A stretch of DNA of 64,000 bases from Octopus vulgaris (GCA_951406725.2 OX597821.1:50344001-50408000); one strand, 5' to 3'. Shown: positions 28,851 to 42,553, numbered from the stretch's first letter. The notes: generated by a model not told the origin, from the sequence alone. Numbers and translations are program-made.

Positions 28851-28932
28851 GAAACTGGTAAACTGGCTCTTATGAATCGGTGTGAATCAAGAAGGTAACT
28901 TTACTTATTACCATTCTAAGCAAAGAAAATGG

Positions 28933-29445
28933 ATAGATGGAAGGCCCCTTATTACAACAACCTAGCAGCAAGTGGATTCAAGGAGAATGGATTGTCAGCA
29001 ACCCAAAAATCCCAAGAAGAAACTTATGTCATGAAATCTAGAAATCATGTCTTCCATGACCCCTTTATTTTTTTATTAAATGCTGAGACTATAAATTTTT
29101 TTACTGGTTTCGATCATTAGACTAAAACCATGCTGAGGCATCACCTTCAAGAGTTTCGGTCAATTATATTTACCTCAGCACTAATTTCAGTGTAGTTCTT
29201 ATTTTATCAATATCTGTTTTTTAACATCTAGGTATGGGATTTAGGATTCATGCATACGCACGCACACACGCATACACACACGCACACACACACACAAACA
29301 TATGTGAGTGTATATACATATTTACATATATATATATATATACACACATATATATGTATGTATATAGATTTTGGGGTTGCTGACAGTCCATTCTCCTTGA
29401 ATCCACTTGCAGCTAGGTTGTTGTAATAAGGGGCCTTCCATCTAT
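28933..29445. repeat. 79-bp inverted duplication
   Basis: 28933-29011 against 29367-29445, about 3 mismatches. Confidence 0.9.
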
Positions 29446-29579
29446 ATGGCCATGTAGGCACAGGCGTGGCAGTATGGTAAAAAGTTTGCTTCCCAAATCA
29501 CATGGTTCTGAGCTCAGGCCCACTGCAAGGACAGTGTCTTCTACTATAATCATGATCCAACCAAACCCTTCTTCAGAGT

Positions 29580-29628
<49 letters not shown>

Positions 29629-29632
<4 letters not shown>

Positions 29633-29956
29633 GTACTTATAAGAGGGATGACTACTAAGTGGACATCCATTATGCTAGAGGTAGACCCCATATGGTCTGC
29701 CCACTAAGAAAAGATTGTTCTCAAGAAAATTCAGCAAACGCCAGAATGTAAGTGAGCATGACAAATGAAAAGATACAAAATATACAGATTAATCACAAAC
29801 CCGGTGTCATTGTTACCACTTACGTAATAAGTATTATGTTCTGGTGTTTGCTGAATTTTCTTGAGAACAATCTTTTCTTAGTGGTTAGACCATATGGCGT
29901 CCACCTCTAGCATAATGGATGTCCACTTAGTGGTCATCCCTCTTATATGTATATAA
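29629..29956. repeat. Hairpin with arms of about 120 bp next to (TA)n
   Basis: ataagagggatgactactaagtggacatccattatgctagagg / cctctagcataatggatgtccacttagtggtcatccctcttat. Confidence 0.9.
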
Positions 29957-30453
29957 TGTAATTTTTCTGAATCTTCAGATTTTTCAATATGTTAGGCATT
30001 TGGTTTTAAATTGACATTAATCAAATTAATATTCAATTTTTCACCCTTATTATTTAAATTTATATTTATATATAGTTCACAGATGAGATTCAGTGATTCT
30101 CCATATAGAAGACACTTAGTAGTGCTCAAAAGATTCAAACTTAGATTCCAATGTCTTTACAGGGGGTCATTCCACAAGGTAAAGAAAGGTTATAAAGAGG
30201 GATTAAGTTGAGCAGCTATAGAGGTAATTATGAGGATAAACAAATTAGATACATTAAATATATTAAATATATTACAAATATTAGTTTTGGTATAAATGCA
30301 TAATATGTAATATATGTATACGTGCGAAATGAGAGAAAACAAAAGATGATGAATTTTTAAGTATAATCATGTAGATATTTATATTAATAGGTCCAACTTA
30401 CACAGAGAACAAATGACTGAGAAAATTAAATGAGTGGAAGAAAGTTGTTCTTA

Positions 30454-30574
30454 GTCCAACAGCTGTTTCTAGGGGCTCAGCCATCCATAAAAATAGGTAG
30501 ATTTAGTTCATTGCAATATGCGGCTGTATGGATGCAATTAACATTGGATAGGATGAGATTCTATCATCAAGGCA
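30454..30574 (-). ncRNA. Degenerate hammerhead ribozyme with long stem II
   Basis: tgcc TTGATGA tag...cta GAAA c-agct-g TT ggac. Confidence 0.55.
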
Positions 30575-31669
30575 GAAATCTTAATGCAGAGAAGTTCACA
30601 AATGCAAAAACAAGTAAAAAACAATAAGTCAATTGGACATACACAGTGAATATATTAGACTAGCACTTGGGGAAAGTTTTTGATGGAAAAACAGAAGTAA
30701 AAATATAATGTTTCAAGCATAGTTCATCATTGGATAGAGGAAAAAAGTCCAAGGAAGAGCCACTCTCATAGTGCAAGCATTATTAGAGCTGCTTTAAATT
30801 CGAAATTTAATTTTGTTTCACATGTGCTACACTATAGCACATCAGCAAATAGGTTTTACACTATTTGCATATATTTACATATATGTCTCAGAGCAGGGAT
30901 TCAATTCGCTTCAAGGTGAGTCAAGTATACAGTGCTGCTGAGCTGAAAGACAGCAAAATATTGATATTCACCGTTCTCTTTGATCTACTGGGTGAGTTGT
31001 CTCACCTGATTTGAGATCTTCAGTTTTCTTTAACACTCAGTATCATGAAGAGACATTTCCAGGTTACTCTCCTACAGTGAATGGGCATATAAACAAAACT
31101 CATATACTATGCATGTGACAGCAATAATACACACACACACACACAATATATATACAACATGTGTGTGCGTATTAATAATGAAAGGTAATGCAGGTAGTAC
31201 CAGCATGCTAAAATAGCAGTCAAAACAACTCAAAACCACAAGTTTTTACTTTTACATAAAGATGAAGTTGGAGAAATGGGCAAAATTACTAAGACCTTGG
31301 ACCAATGTATCACAGTGATTTCGAACTTTGTTATGTCTTAGCCGGCTGCCAACACTGCAAAATAGGGGTAGCTTATCCTGTTCAGGCTATATTATTGGCA
31401 TTATCCTGTGTTTGAGAATTTAAAATCACTCCTTTAACTTTCTAAGACATCTCAACGCTTCTAAAGCAAACTTCGTTTGTTTGTTTACGTTCATCATAAT
31501 TTGAATTTAACATATGATACCAGCTCATAAAGCAAGATTTCTATATATCTTAAGTTTGCGGAAGAATTAGCTTAATGGTTCAGAGCACCACGACGTATAA
31601 TCACAGAGGTGTGAGTTTGAGTCTCATAGCCGGCCACCGACACATTTTTCTGCAAAATATATATATATA

Positions 31670-32020
31670 TTTTATCTTTAAATACTTGTTTCAATCATTT
31701 GACTGCAGTCATGCTGGAGCACCACTTTAAAGGGTTTTTTAGTTGAAGAAATCAATCTCCAAACTGATTCTTTGTAAGCCTAGTACTAATTCTACTGGTC
31801 TCTTTTGCTGAACCACTAAGTTATGGGGGTATAAACACAACAACATCAGCTGTCAAGTAATGGAGGGGGAAAAACAGACACAAAGACACACACACATAAA
31901 AATATACGTGTATATATATACAACAAGCTTCTTTCAATTTTCATCTACCAAATCCACTCACAAGGCCAAGGCTATAGTAGAAGACACTTGCCCAAGGTAC
32001 TACACAGTGGGACTGAGCCC
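31670..32020 (-). mobile_element. Family B SINE
   Basis: Reverse complement of the 2817-3211 family. Confidence 0.75.
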
Positions 32021-32734
32021 TATCTATATTTATATATATACATTATATAAATATAGATGCTATCAGTTTTGAAAGATTTATTCCTGGAAACAAATTAATG
32101 TCATTAAAGGCATTTAAATACTTGATCTAATATTTATCAGACATGCTTTGTGCAGTTTTTCATTATTTAAGCCATTTGGGCATCATACTAATGAGTAGTG
32201 TTTACACATTCACACACACACACACAGTGTAAAAAATGTGTAAAATTCATATGTATAAAAAGACAGTGAACTTAACTGACTAAAGGTCTCAATAAAATGT
32301 TGAATTTGATACTTATGATAATTTTATAGGCAGTGATTTTAAAGCTTCCCTGGGTTATCTATTATATGAAATCTGTTCTGTCTGTCTGTGTGTGTGTCTT
32401 CTAGGATCTCGGGCATCCTCCATCCAATTGTGCTCAGATTTGATATATAGATACTGATGGTATCAGGGCATGTATAAGTTTTGAGTACGCGAGAAAAATG
32501 CACGTGCAGGTTGCACAAAAAAATCCAGCTGGCTTGAAATAATGCCACAAAATGCAGTATATTTAAAAGACCAAAAAAAAAATTTGGTTTAAAATTTTGA
32601 CAACTCAGCACCATCCATTGGACAGGGGGCATTTTGCTCATATATCCTATTTAGACAATTTGAATATGCTTAAATAAGTCGTGTAAGAAAACTTCAAAGT
32701 AACTTTCAATAAACTTATTATAGACATTTGTATG

Positions 32735-32871
<137 letters not shown>

Positions 32872-33016
32872 GGCGAAAGGTTTATGTATGCAATGCATGT
32901 ACTGCATGCCTTACTATTTTTCCACGATAAATAATTTTTGTGTTATATATAATTGATTATTGATAATTTTCACTAGATATTTACTTTATTTTGTATTCCT
33001 TCATTTCTTAGTATAA

Positions 33017-33216
33017 AGTTGTCAACAGAAACAAAAGGAAAGGGAAGCAAATATTTACTGCTTCCTTTCTGTCAGAGTAAGAGCAGTGATGTTATTTTCT
33101 TTGTATTCTATTATTTTCAAGAAAGGAGCGCCAAAAAAAAAAAAAGACAGACAGAAAGCAAATAAAGAAATCAGTAAAAAATTTGCTTCCCTCTCCTTAT
33201 CTTTCTGTTGACAACT
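33017..33216. repeat. Small inverted-repeat element
   Basis: agttgtcaacagaaa...agggaagcaaat / atttgcttccct...tttctgttgacaact. Confidence 0.7.
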
Positions 33217-33264
33217 CAACACAGCTAAAAAGCATGATTATTTGGTACTGAAAAATACACATTT

Positions 33265-33650
33265 TATCTTTCACCTTCTACTTGTTTCAATCAGTAGATT
33301 GTGGCCATGCTGGGGCACCACCTTCAAATAATTCTTAGTCTAATGAATCTACCCCAGTACAATTTTTAAAGCCTGGTGCTTATTCTTTTGGTCTCATGAA
33401 CTGAAATGCTAAGTTCCAGAAATGCAAGCACACCAATGGCAATTATCAAGTGTTGGTGAAGGACAAACACAGACACAAAGACACACACACACACATATAT
33501 ATGCAATGGGGTTTTTTCAGTTTCCCTTCTATCAAGTCCACTTACAGGGTTTTAGTCGGCCCAAGGCTATAGTAGAAGGCATTGGTAGAAGACACTAGTA
33601 GAGAACTGGACCTGGAACCATGTGGTTGAGAAGCAAACTTCTTACCACAC
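33265..33650 (-). mobile_element. Family B SINE
   Basis: Reverse complement match. Confidence 0.75.
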
Positions 33651-34079
33651 ACACACACACACTTGGTTTCTAAAAAGATTTAACCAATGGGGAGAGTATT
33701 GTTGATCCCTTCCTAAGGCCTGAATTCAGTCATGTGACCCTAGAGTTTTCTTAACTATTTCACACATTGAGTGAAAAGACGAAAGTGGCAATTTGTGTGC
33801 ATGCGTGTGTGTGTGTGTGTCTGTGTCTGTGTGCGTGTGCACATGCGCATGCATGTGTGTATGTATACGTGGGTACATGCATGTGTGCGTGCATGTCTCT
33901 GTGTGTGTGTGATTAAAAAGTAAAGTTTTCATTCATTTGTTCATGTCAATGCTTTAGAATTTAATTTTAAATATTCAAAGTTATTTAAGAAAGGTTACAT
34001 AAAAAAGTGAACTAGCTCCTAAATTATCTATAAGCATAAAGCTTTGATTCATTTAAAAAGATTATAATCAAGTAGAATT

Positions 34080-34624
34080 TCTCATGCTTTCAATTGTCCC
34101 CAGGATGGCAAAAGTGGCCAATCAGTTCGGTTTTCTCTCTACTTTCCCCAACTTTGAAACAGATAAGAAGAATATTATCATTCTTGGAAAAGAGAAACCA
34201 AAACTTAAACTGAAAAATCAAAGCCAAAGTGGGCAGCAAGGAATGTCATCGTTATTTTGATTAAAAGTATTATAAATAGTCTGAATGAAAGACGAGATGA
34301 CCCATTCTGAACTAATTTTTCTGTTTCCCATATCAGTTAGTTTGTCAGTATAAGAACACATTTTGTCAGCTTTGAAGTGATATTGAAAACGAATGTCACT
34401 TTCAAGTGATATTCAAAATGAAATCATTTAATTGTATAGCTGTTACAAGTGAAGGTGTAATTGAGACAATTGCAAAAACAGCATTTATTGCTGTTATGTT
34501 TGGTGAGATGACAAACCTTCAAATGAAATCTTAACTGTCATACTCGGAAGTCCCCCACTCCAACCTCAGTGGGCAGGGTGGGGCGGACTGCATGCCCGAG
34601 CTTCCTAGTCACCCTTCACCACTG
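34080..34624 (+). mobile_element. Deleted hAT transposon remnant
   Basis: SDIQNEII...IAKTAFIAVMFGEMTN resembles the hAT IQNELI/DETTD region; ends tcaccactg (CAGTGG-type TIR). Confidence 0.6.
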
Positions 34625-34643
34625 ATACATATATATATATATA

Positions 34644-35208
34644 TATATTTAATTTAGGATAAAATTTTTTTCGAAAAAAATTTTATCAATGGCCAACATA
34701 TTAAAAAATACCTTTAAAGGTTAAATTCATAAACAACTTATAAATAAGGGCAAACAAAAAAATTTCTAATGCCAAATATGCTGAAATTAGACACCCTGTC
34801 CATAACCATTTAATTTTTCACAATACGCACGCTACTCAAAAAATAGGTTGACAGAAATCTCTAAAAAATTCCATTATTACCATATTGGACCGATTTCAGG
34901 GTTACTTCGTAAGAACCCTCCCTTCATCAGTGATAAATGTGGCAAAGAAATAAATGAGACACTTACTCATACCCATGGAAGAAGCAAACACTAAGTCATG
35001 AGCCCAATTAAGTACCCCAAATACATCCAAAATAGAAATTCTCCAGCCCATTTGAGACACGTGTTATATTTAATTTAGGATAAAAGGTTTTCGCAAAAAA
35101 ATTTTATCAATGGCCAGCATATTAAAAAATACCTTTAAAGGTTAAATTTATAAGCAACTTATAAATAAGGGCAAACGAAATAATTTCTAATGCCAAATAT
35201 GCCGAAAT
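34644..35208. repeat. Direct repeats of about 144 bp (pseudo-LTR-like) enclosing a hammerhead
   Basis: 34644-34787 is similar to 35065-35208; also similar to 20-135. Confidence 0.85.
34883..34935 (-). ncRNA. Minimal hammerhead ribozyme, core intact and stem I decayed
   Basis: tatca CTGATGA aggg...aaccct GAAA tcgg TC caata. Confidence 0.65.
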
Positions 35209-35692
35209 GGGCATAATCCTGTGGGAGGATCTTCCATATCATGGATTGAGAATACATTCACTCACCTAAGCTCTTTTACAGTGAATTTTGATATGTGCAC
35301 CTGCACAAGTGTATACATCCTCACATGCACTCATGCACTAACTCATTTTCTGTGCTGTCCAGTCACTGACTGCACATTTTGGCATTCATAGCGACACTGC
35401 TATTTGGACGTATACGAATAGAAAATTGTCCTGTATACACTTCAAGGATCCTCTCTCCTGATACGCAAAATTTTTCCTTAGCCATGCATTTCTTTCTCTT
35501 CCTCGATAATTCCTTTCCTTTTCCTGGAACCTCTCTGGTGGGGAGTTATATGTAGTGGATCAGCCAGCTGTAGAAACTTTGCCAGATTACATTGGAGACT
35601 GGTGTAGCCTTCTAGCTTGTCAGCCCTCAGTCAAACCGTCCAACCCATGCCAGCATGGAAAGCGGATATTAAACGACGATGATGGATGATGA

Positions 35693-35729
<37 letters not shown>

Positions 35730-35730
35730 A

Positions 35731-35769
<39 letters not shown>

Positions 35770-35772
<3 letters not shown>

Positions 35773-36058
35773 ATCACGTGACCGACCAGACCATCAGATG
35801 TTGTTACACATCGCTGGTCACAATGCGTTCGCATTGTTTTAGCCTTCGAATGACGCCACCCCGCTGGCTAAGCGAGCAGGCCAACAGAAGAAAGAGTGGT
35901 GAAAGAGTACAGCAGGGATCACCACCCCCTGCTGGAGCCTCGTGGAGCTTTTAGGTGTTTTCACTCAATAAACACTCACAACGCCCGGTCTGGGAATCGA
36001 AACCGCGATCCTGCAACTGCGAGTCCGCTGCCCTAACCACTAGGCCATTGCGCCTCCA
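35770..36058 (-). mobile_element. tRNA-headed SINE, CpG-rich
   Basis: Minus strand ggaggcgcaatggcctagtggttagggcagcggactcgc...ggtttcgattccc. Confidence 0.8.
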
Positions 36059-36239
36059 TATATATATATGTAGCTGTCTGACTGGCAGTGTGCAGCGGCT
36101 GACCTCCCTTGTTCGAAGGTTATAATGGACACAGTTTGTGTGTCAAATAGCTAGCTTAAGGTGATGGCCTCATGGAGCTAATCAGCGACAGCTTTAGTCT
36201 TATATCTATAAGACTGCCATATTAATATGGCGATAACAA

Positions 36240-36285
<46 letters not shown>

Positions 36286-36309
36286 TATACACACACACAT
36301 ACATATATA

Positions 36310-36680
36310 GTCTTTTACTTCATTCAACTGTGGCCATGCTGAGGCACTACCTTGAATTGACTTAAGCCCTTTTTTTTTAATAAAAACTTGTTACTTATTC
36401 TAGTAGTTTCTTTTGCCAAATTGATAAGTTACAGGGACATAAGCAAAACAATACTAGTTGTTAAGTGGTGCCGGGTGGAGGCACACAAACACAAACACAC
36501 ACACACGCACACATGATGGGCTTCTTTCAGTTTCCATCTACCAAATCCTGTGACATGGCTTTCATCAGCCCATGGCTATAGTTGAAGACATCTGCCTAAG
36601 GTACCATGCAATGAGACTGAGCCTAGAACCATGTGGTTGGAAATCGAACTTCATTCTACACAGACATACCTGCACCTATA
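36310..36680 (-). mobile_element. Family B SINE
   Basis: Reverse complement match. Confidence 0.7.
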
Positions 36681-36948
36681 TATGCATGTATGTATGTATG
36701 TATGTATGTATGTATGTATGTATGTATGTATGTATGTATGTATGTATGTATGTATGTATGTCAAGAGCAGGACTCATTAGCCATTAGCCACCAACAGAGC
36801 CGCAAATGCAAAATATAAGTTAGTCCTAGAGCGCACAATGTTCCTGAAGGTCGGCAATGGTCTTCCTCGGTCACGAGTGGACGGCCATCATGTATGTATG
36901 TATGTATGTATGTATATATGTATGTATGTATGTATATATGCATGTATG

Positions 36949-36978
<30 letters not shown>

Positions 36979-36980
<2 letters not shown>

Positions 36981-37707
36981 AGGGGGTGCTGAAAAGTTCC
37001 TGGTCCTAAGGATATTGCAAAAGGTCTGGTTGGAGGCCCAACCTCCCAAATTCTTTTACAGGGCTTAGAAAACGTAAGGAACTGCTGCAATAAGTGTGTT
37101 AATCTGTGGGGGAATATCTATATATATAAAACTGTAGTTGTGTGAGTGTCTGTCCCCTTCGATTTAGATTCCTAACTACTCCCACATTTTGCGGTGCAGT
37201 TTAACCAAATTTGGGTATCTTATAGTCGTGATTCATATCGAGCCCGTCTGAGTATTAGCGCACGTCTACGATGAGTCTACGATTTTAAAAATAATTTAAC
37301 ATCATTTTTTATTCCATTTTAATGCATAATTTTTCGTGTGTCGATGGCGGTGGAGTTGGCGTCCATGGTCACACCTGCACCTGTTTGCTTCTCCCCCTTC
37401 TTCCCTCCCTCGTGAAGCTGTGGGCAAGGGAGTGTAAGGAAATCAACGTCGTAAAGCGTTGTCAAGGAGACCAGCGTTCTTTTAGAACAACGACTTCATG
37501 GCTTGAAGACACCAAAACAGAAATGGCTAAGAAAGCCCGAATTGGCATCTATAAGGGAAGTAACTCTCTAAAGATGCTTATATAGTTATTTCCCTTACAA
37601 ACCCGAGCAACGCCGGGCGATACTGCTAGTGTTGAATAAAATCATAATTAACTGATCCTCCAGTATTTTCTTTTACCCAAAGCCAGGAACCTTTCAGCAC
37701 CTCCTTA
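36979..37707 (+). mobile_element. mariner-derived MITE interrupted by a Helitron
   Basis: TIRs tgagggggtgctgaaaagttcctgg / ccaggaacctttcagcacctcctta; rejoined flanks read GEYVE*, the mariner C-terminus. Confidence 0.85.
37117..37629 (+). mobile_element. Non-autonomous Helitron
   Basis: A|TC start, hairpin cccgagcaacgccggg at 37602-37617, CTAG|T end, no TSD. Confidence 0.9.
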
Positions 37708-37783
<76 letters not shown>

Positions 37784-37796
37784 CATACAAATAACA

Positions 37797-37829
<33 letters not shown>

Positions 37830-39271
37830 TACATGTATGTGTGTGTGTGAGTGTGTGTGTTTTTATATATATATATTTGGTGGTGGTTGTTGTGGTTTTG
37901 GTGGTAGTGGTGATGATGGTATGGTAGTTAGTGAAGCATTTTATACATTAGTGTCAGAAGAAGTAAAACCGGCAACAGCATATCATAAACCTCTCTTAAA
38001 GCTAAATTACTCAAAGGAATTTTTCCATTCAAAGACTGCCTAACATTACCCTTCAAGACTTACCAAAATCCTTCAAGCTAGATTGAGAGATACATGCGTA
38101 ATTCATGTATATATGTATATAGCTAAAAGAATAACTAAAAGATTTACTAGATTTTGTTTCAAAGAAAAGTTTATAAGCTTAGTTAACAACCCAAGGTTCT
38201 GCTTCAGCATCCTGGTTAGTTTTACACTTTACATGAGGCATCATTGTAACCAGAGCTGCTAACTAGATTGTTACAAGCCTGCAAGAGAATCTCTGTGTGG
38301 TTTTTTTTATGTGTCTACTAGAAATAACAGTCAATTCTCCCTCAAATCACACCATAGTTTCTTTAGAAAAAGAAGCTCTTATTGGAAGATATGTTATGCC
38401 TGGAGAGAAAAAAAAGACAGGATCATCACAGCTGGACTGATGAAAAGTTGACATTTTTTTGTGGATCGGTGCATCATCATTGACTGATAGCTTATGTGAA
38501 GTAGTTATACTCAGTTACAGTTGTCTGGGGCTGGACAACAACAACTCAAACATTAATATCAAGACTGTAATTCTCCATTAGTCTGTCATTAGAGGATAGA
38601 GAAAGAAAGAAAGAGAAAGAGAGAGAAAACATCAACAGCTGTATTATTACAGCTGATATCTTAGTCCTTTTACAGCTCAACAATTGTGCTGATATCAAAA
38701 AGTGTGTATGTGTGGCTGTGAGCATGAATTGGGTGCCGAAACATATTTCAACAGAAACCAGTATATGTAAGCGATTACATTATACATACTCACGCATATA
38801 TGCATGTGCCTGCATACACTCACATACATACTTACTCATTAACACCCATATACATTTACATATACATATGAATCCAAAATTACTAGTACTGTGTAAGCTT
38901 AAACAAAAGAACCTTATCAATTTGTTAGCAACCAGCTAGAGGAAGAAATGAAGTGAATGCTAAGAAGACATAGATACATGCATGCTAGACTTTCAAGACT
39001 CAAAGCTTTACATATTGGAGACTGATGTTAAAAACTAAAATATACTATCTGCATTCCGTCTACATTCTCTTCTCTTTATCAATATCTCTTTTTCTCCTTT
39101 TTTTTTTTTTTTTTCACTTTCTAGTATTTAATTTTTCTTCTTCTTCCTTTAAATACAATAGCTATTGTCTCATATGTCTTTGTTGAACAATATTAGACAT
39201 TCCAAGATGCATTTCGTTTTTTTTTTTAAATACTTTTTCTTTCTTTTAGAAAAATGAATAAAACAACAACA

Positions 39272-39421
39272 AAATAATAATAATGATGATGATGATGCAG
39301 ATGATGCTGCTGCTGCTGCTGCTGATGATGATGATGAGGAGGAGGAGGAGGAGGAGGAGGAGGACGACGACGACGACGACGATGATGGTGGTGGTGGTGG
39401 TAGTAGTAGTAGTAGTAATAA
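39272..39421. repeat. Compound trinucleotide microsatellite
   Basis: TAA-TGA-TGC-TGA-GGA-CGA-TGA-TGG-TAG runs in a single phase. Confidence 0.95.
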
Positions 39422-39817
39422 TTAATGGTTATCGAAATGAAAATAGTTACAATGAGGATGCATTTCTCTCCTTCCCTCAACCTATCTCCCTCTCCTCTCT
39501 CTCTCTCTTTCTCTCTCACTCTCCTTCTCTCTCTCTGTCTCTCTCTCTCTCCCGCTCTCTCTAACTAATCAGCACAAAGGAAATATATCTTTCCCTGTGT
39601 ATGCATGAATGTGTATGTGTGTTACATAATTAAATAAATATACATCTACATATATTACATGCACATATGTACACACATATGTATTATGCATGCATACATA
39701 TACGTATACGCACATATATATAAATATATATGCATATATTAAATATATACATTATGTATATATATATATATACACACACTCATATATATGTGTGTGTGTG
39801 TGAATGTATTATATATG

Positions 39818-39902
<85 letters not shown>

Positions 39903-39975
39903 AATATAGATAGATAGATAGATGGATGGATAGATAGAAAGATAGACAGATAGATGGATAGATAGAAAGATAGAC

Positions 39976-40035
<60 letters not shown>

Positions 40036-40040
40036 GGATG

Positions 40041-40079
<39 letters not shown>

Positions 40080-40123
40080 GGACAGATAGATAGATAGATA
40101 GATAGATAGATAACAGATAGATA
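39818..40123. repeat. (TA)n + (GATA)n microsatellite
   Basis: Direct reading. Confidence 0.95.
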
Positions 40124-40801
40124 TAAAATCAAAGAGTGTGATATTTCATTGTTAACTTCTTCCCGAGGAAATAGATTTGATGATAAGCAAAAGTATTAAC
40201 AAAAGAATTAATGATTAATCTTGCATTGTTAGATTAAGCTGGATGCTAAGTAAATTATTCAAACAATACCTATTACAGAATATTTATGGTCAATTTAAAA
40301 TGGCATTATCTGGATGGGTTTTTTTTTTTGTTGTTGGTTTGTTGATTTTGAATTTGTATTTGTTGTTGTTGCTGTTGTTTCTGATTAATTTTTCAAGTCA
40401 TATTATTTCCGCAAAAAGGTGATGTGGAATAGACTTCAATGAAAAAAATCTCAGAGAACTTACTTTTCACATTGCTATAGATGTAAATGTGGAAAACTGA
40501 AGGGTCTCTTCCCAAATAGATGTAAATGAAGTTCTTTCTGATCTTTTGGTCTCTTCTAGAAAAATATGTCTATATATATGTGTGTGTGTGTGTGCATGTG
40601 TGTGTGTGTGCGTGTGCATGTGCGTGTGTGTGTGTGTGTGTGTGTGTATAAACATGCATGTTATTCTATCGGATAGGGTGAGAAAACTTTTCCAAAGTAA
40701 GTTTAAATTAAAGAAATTCTTCTCCTTCAGAATTTTTTCTAAATCATTTTAGGGTAGATATAATTACACAATGGTCTATTCTGTGTATGAGAATGTGTGA
40801 A

Positions 40802-40843
<42 letters not shown>

Positions 40844-41109
40844 TGTGTGTGCATGCATGTGTGTATCTATCTATCCATCCATCCATCTATATATATATAT
40901 GTATGCATGCCGCAGGAATGGCTTTGTGGTTAAAAGTTTGCTTCCCAACCACATGGTTTCAGGTTCATTACTACTGAGTGGCACCCTGTACAACTGAGTT
41001 TTGCTATAGCCTTGGTCCAACCAAAGCCTTGAGTGCATTTGGTAGGCAGAAACTGGAAAGTGCCTGTCAAATGTGTGTGAAAGAGAGAGAGACAGAGTGC
41101 TGGTGTGCT

Positions 41110-41366
41110 AAGAGAAAAGGTTAGGCGTAAGAGGAACTAGATGCAATATGCAAGAAAGAAGACTGTGCTGGTTTGGTCATGTGATGTGGATGGATGTCAA
41201 CAGCTTCATAAGGAAGTACTGATCAATCAAAGTGGATGCAACTTGTGGTAGTGGGCGTCCCAGGAAGACATGGGACGAAGTACTGAAGAATGAACTCAGA
41301 ACACTGAACCTTGCTGAGAAAATGTCAAAGGACCAAGATATCTGGTGCCTCGCTATAGTCAAGAAG
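41110..41366 (+). mobile_element. RTE LINE C-terminal fragment lying between two halves of a family B SINE
   Basis: MQERRLCWFGHVMWMD...GRPRKTWDEVLKNELR; SINE halves at 40910-41075 and 41660-41850. Confidence 0.8.
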
Positions 41367-41849
41367 CTTTTCCTGTGGCAGCTGTGGTCAACTACCTGAA
41401 CACTGAGCTTTACACTACTTAAACCAGGAAACATTCCTGGTGGCATCAGAACACATTTCAGGTGACAAGAAACCAGCTTGGTTAAGCAGCTGTTGCTTTT
41501 GATGACTTGAAATCACCTTTCATGTTCATTGAAGGTGTGTAAATGAATAGCAGAGTTTACCAGTAAAAGTTGGAGAGAGATGTGTTGACCTGGTTGTCAA
41601 CCATATTTGGAAGTTGCAATGTTTTCACTCATGAGGTGTGTTTCCATGCATGTATATATGCATGTATCTATGTGTGTGTCTTTGTGTCCGTGTGCCCCCC
41701 CCACCACCACCACCAGTGCTTGACAACCGGGATTGATGTGCTTATGTTCCTGTAATTTGGCAGATCATCAAAAGAGTCCGATAGAAGAAGTAGCAGGATT
41801 TGAAAAGAAAAACTAGTCCTGAGGTTCATGTGTTTGACTAAAACCAATC

Positions 41850-42170
<321 letters not shown>

Positions 42171-42482
42171 TAGGCATAAATTTGATGATATAGGAAATAG
42201 AACTCAATACAAAAAGTAGAGCATGTATATGTCTTTTTATTTGGCTGCATAATGACTCAAGAGCCTAGAGTTTCATTTATGGTATTTATCAAGCTTTGAT
42301 AAATGCCAGGCGCAAAACTTTACATTCTCCACTGAGTGATTAATGTAGTTTTACTGTTAAACTATAAAGATATGCATGTATAAGTATGTGTGGCAATGTG
42401 TCTGTGTATGCATACATACATGCATGCAAACATATGTACACACACATGCATGTATATATGCCTACAGACAAATATATATGCA

Positions 42483-42524
<42 letters not shown>

Positions 42525-42553
42525 TGAGTGTCTGTGTGTGTGTATATGCATGC

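Noticed and set aside
28929-29461. Duplicated peptide RWKAPYYNNLAASGFKENGLSAT in two ORFs
   Set aside because: A consequence of a DNA inverted duplication; no evidence of coding
32358-32730. Third Helitron
   Set aside because: An A|TCTATTATAT start is present but no hairpin or CTAG end was found
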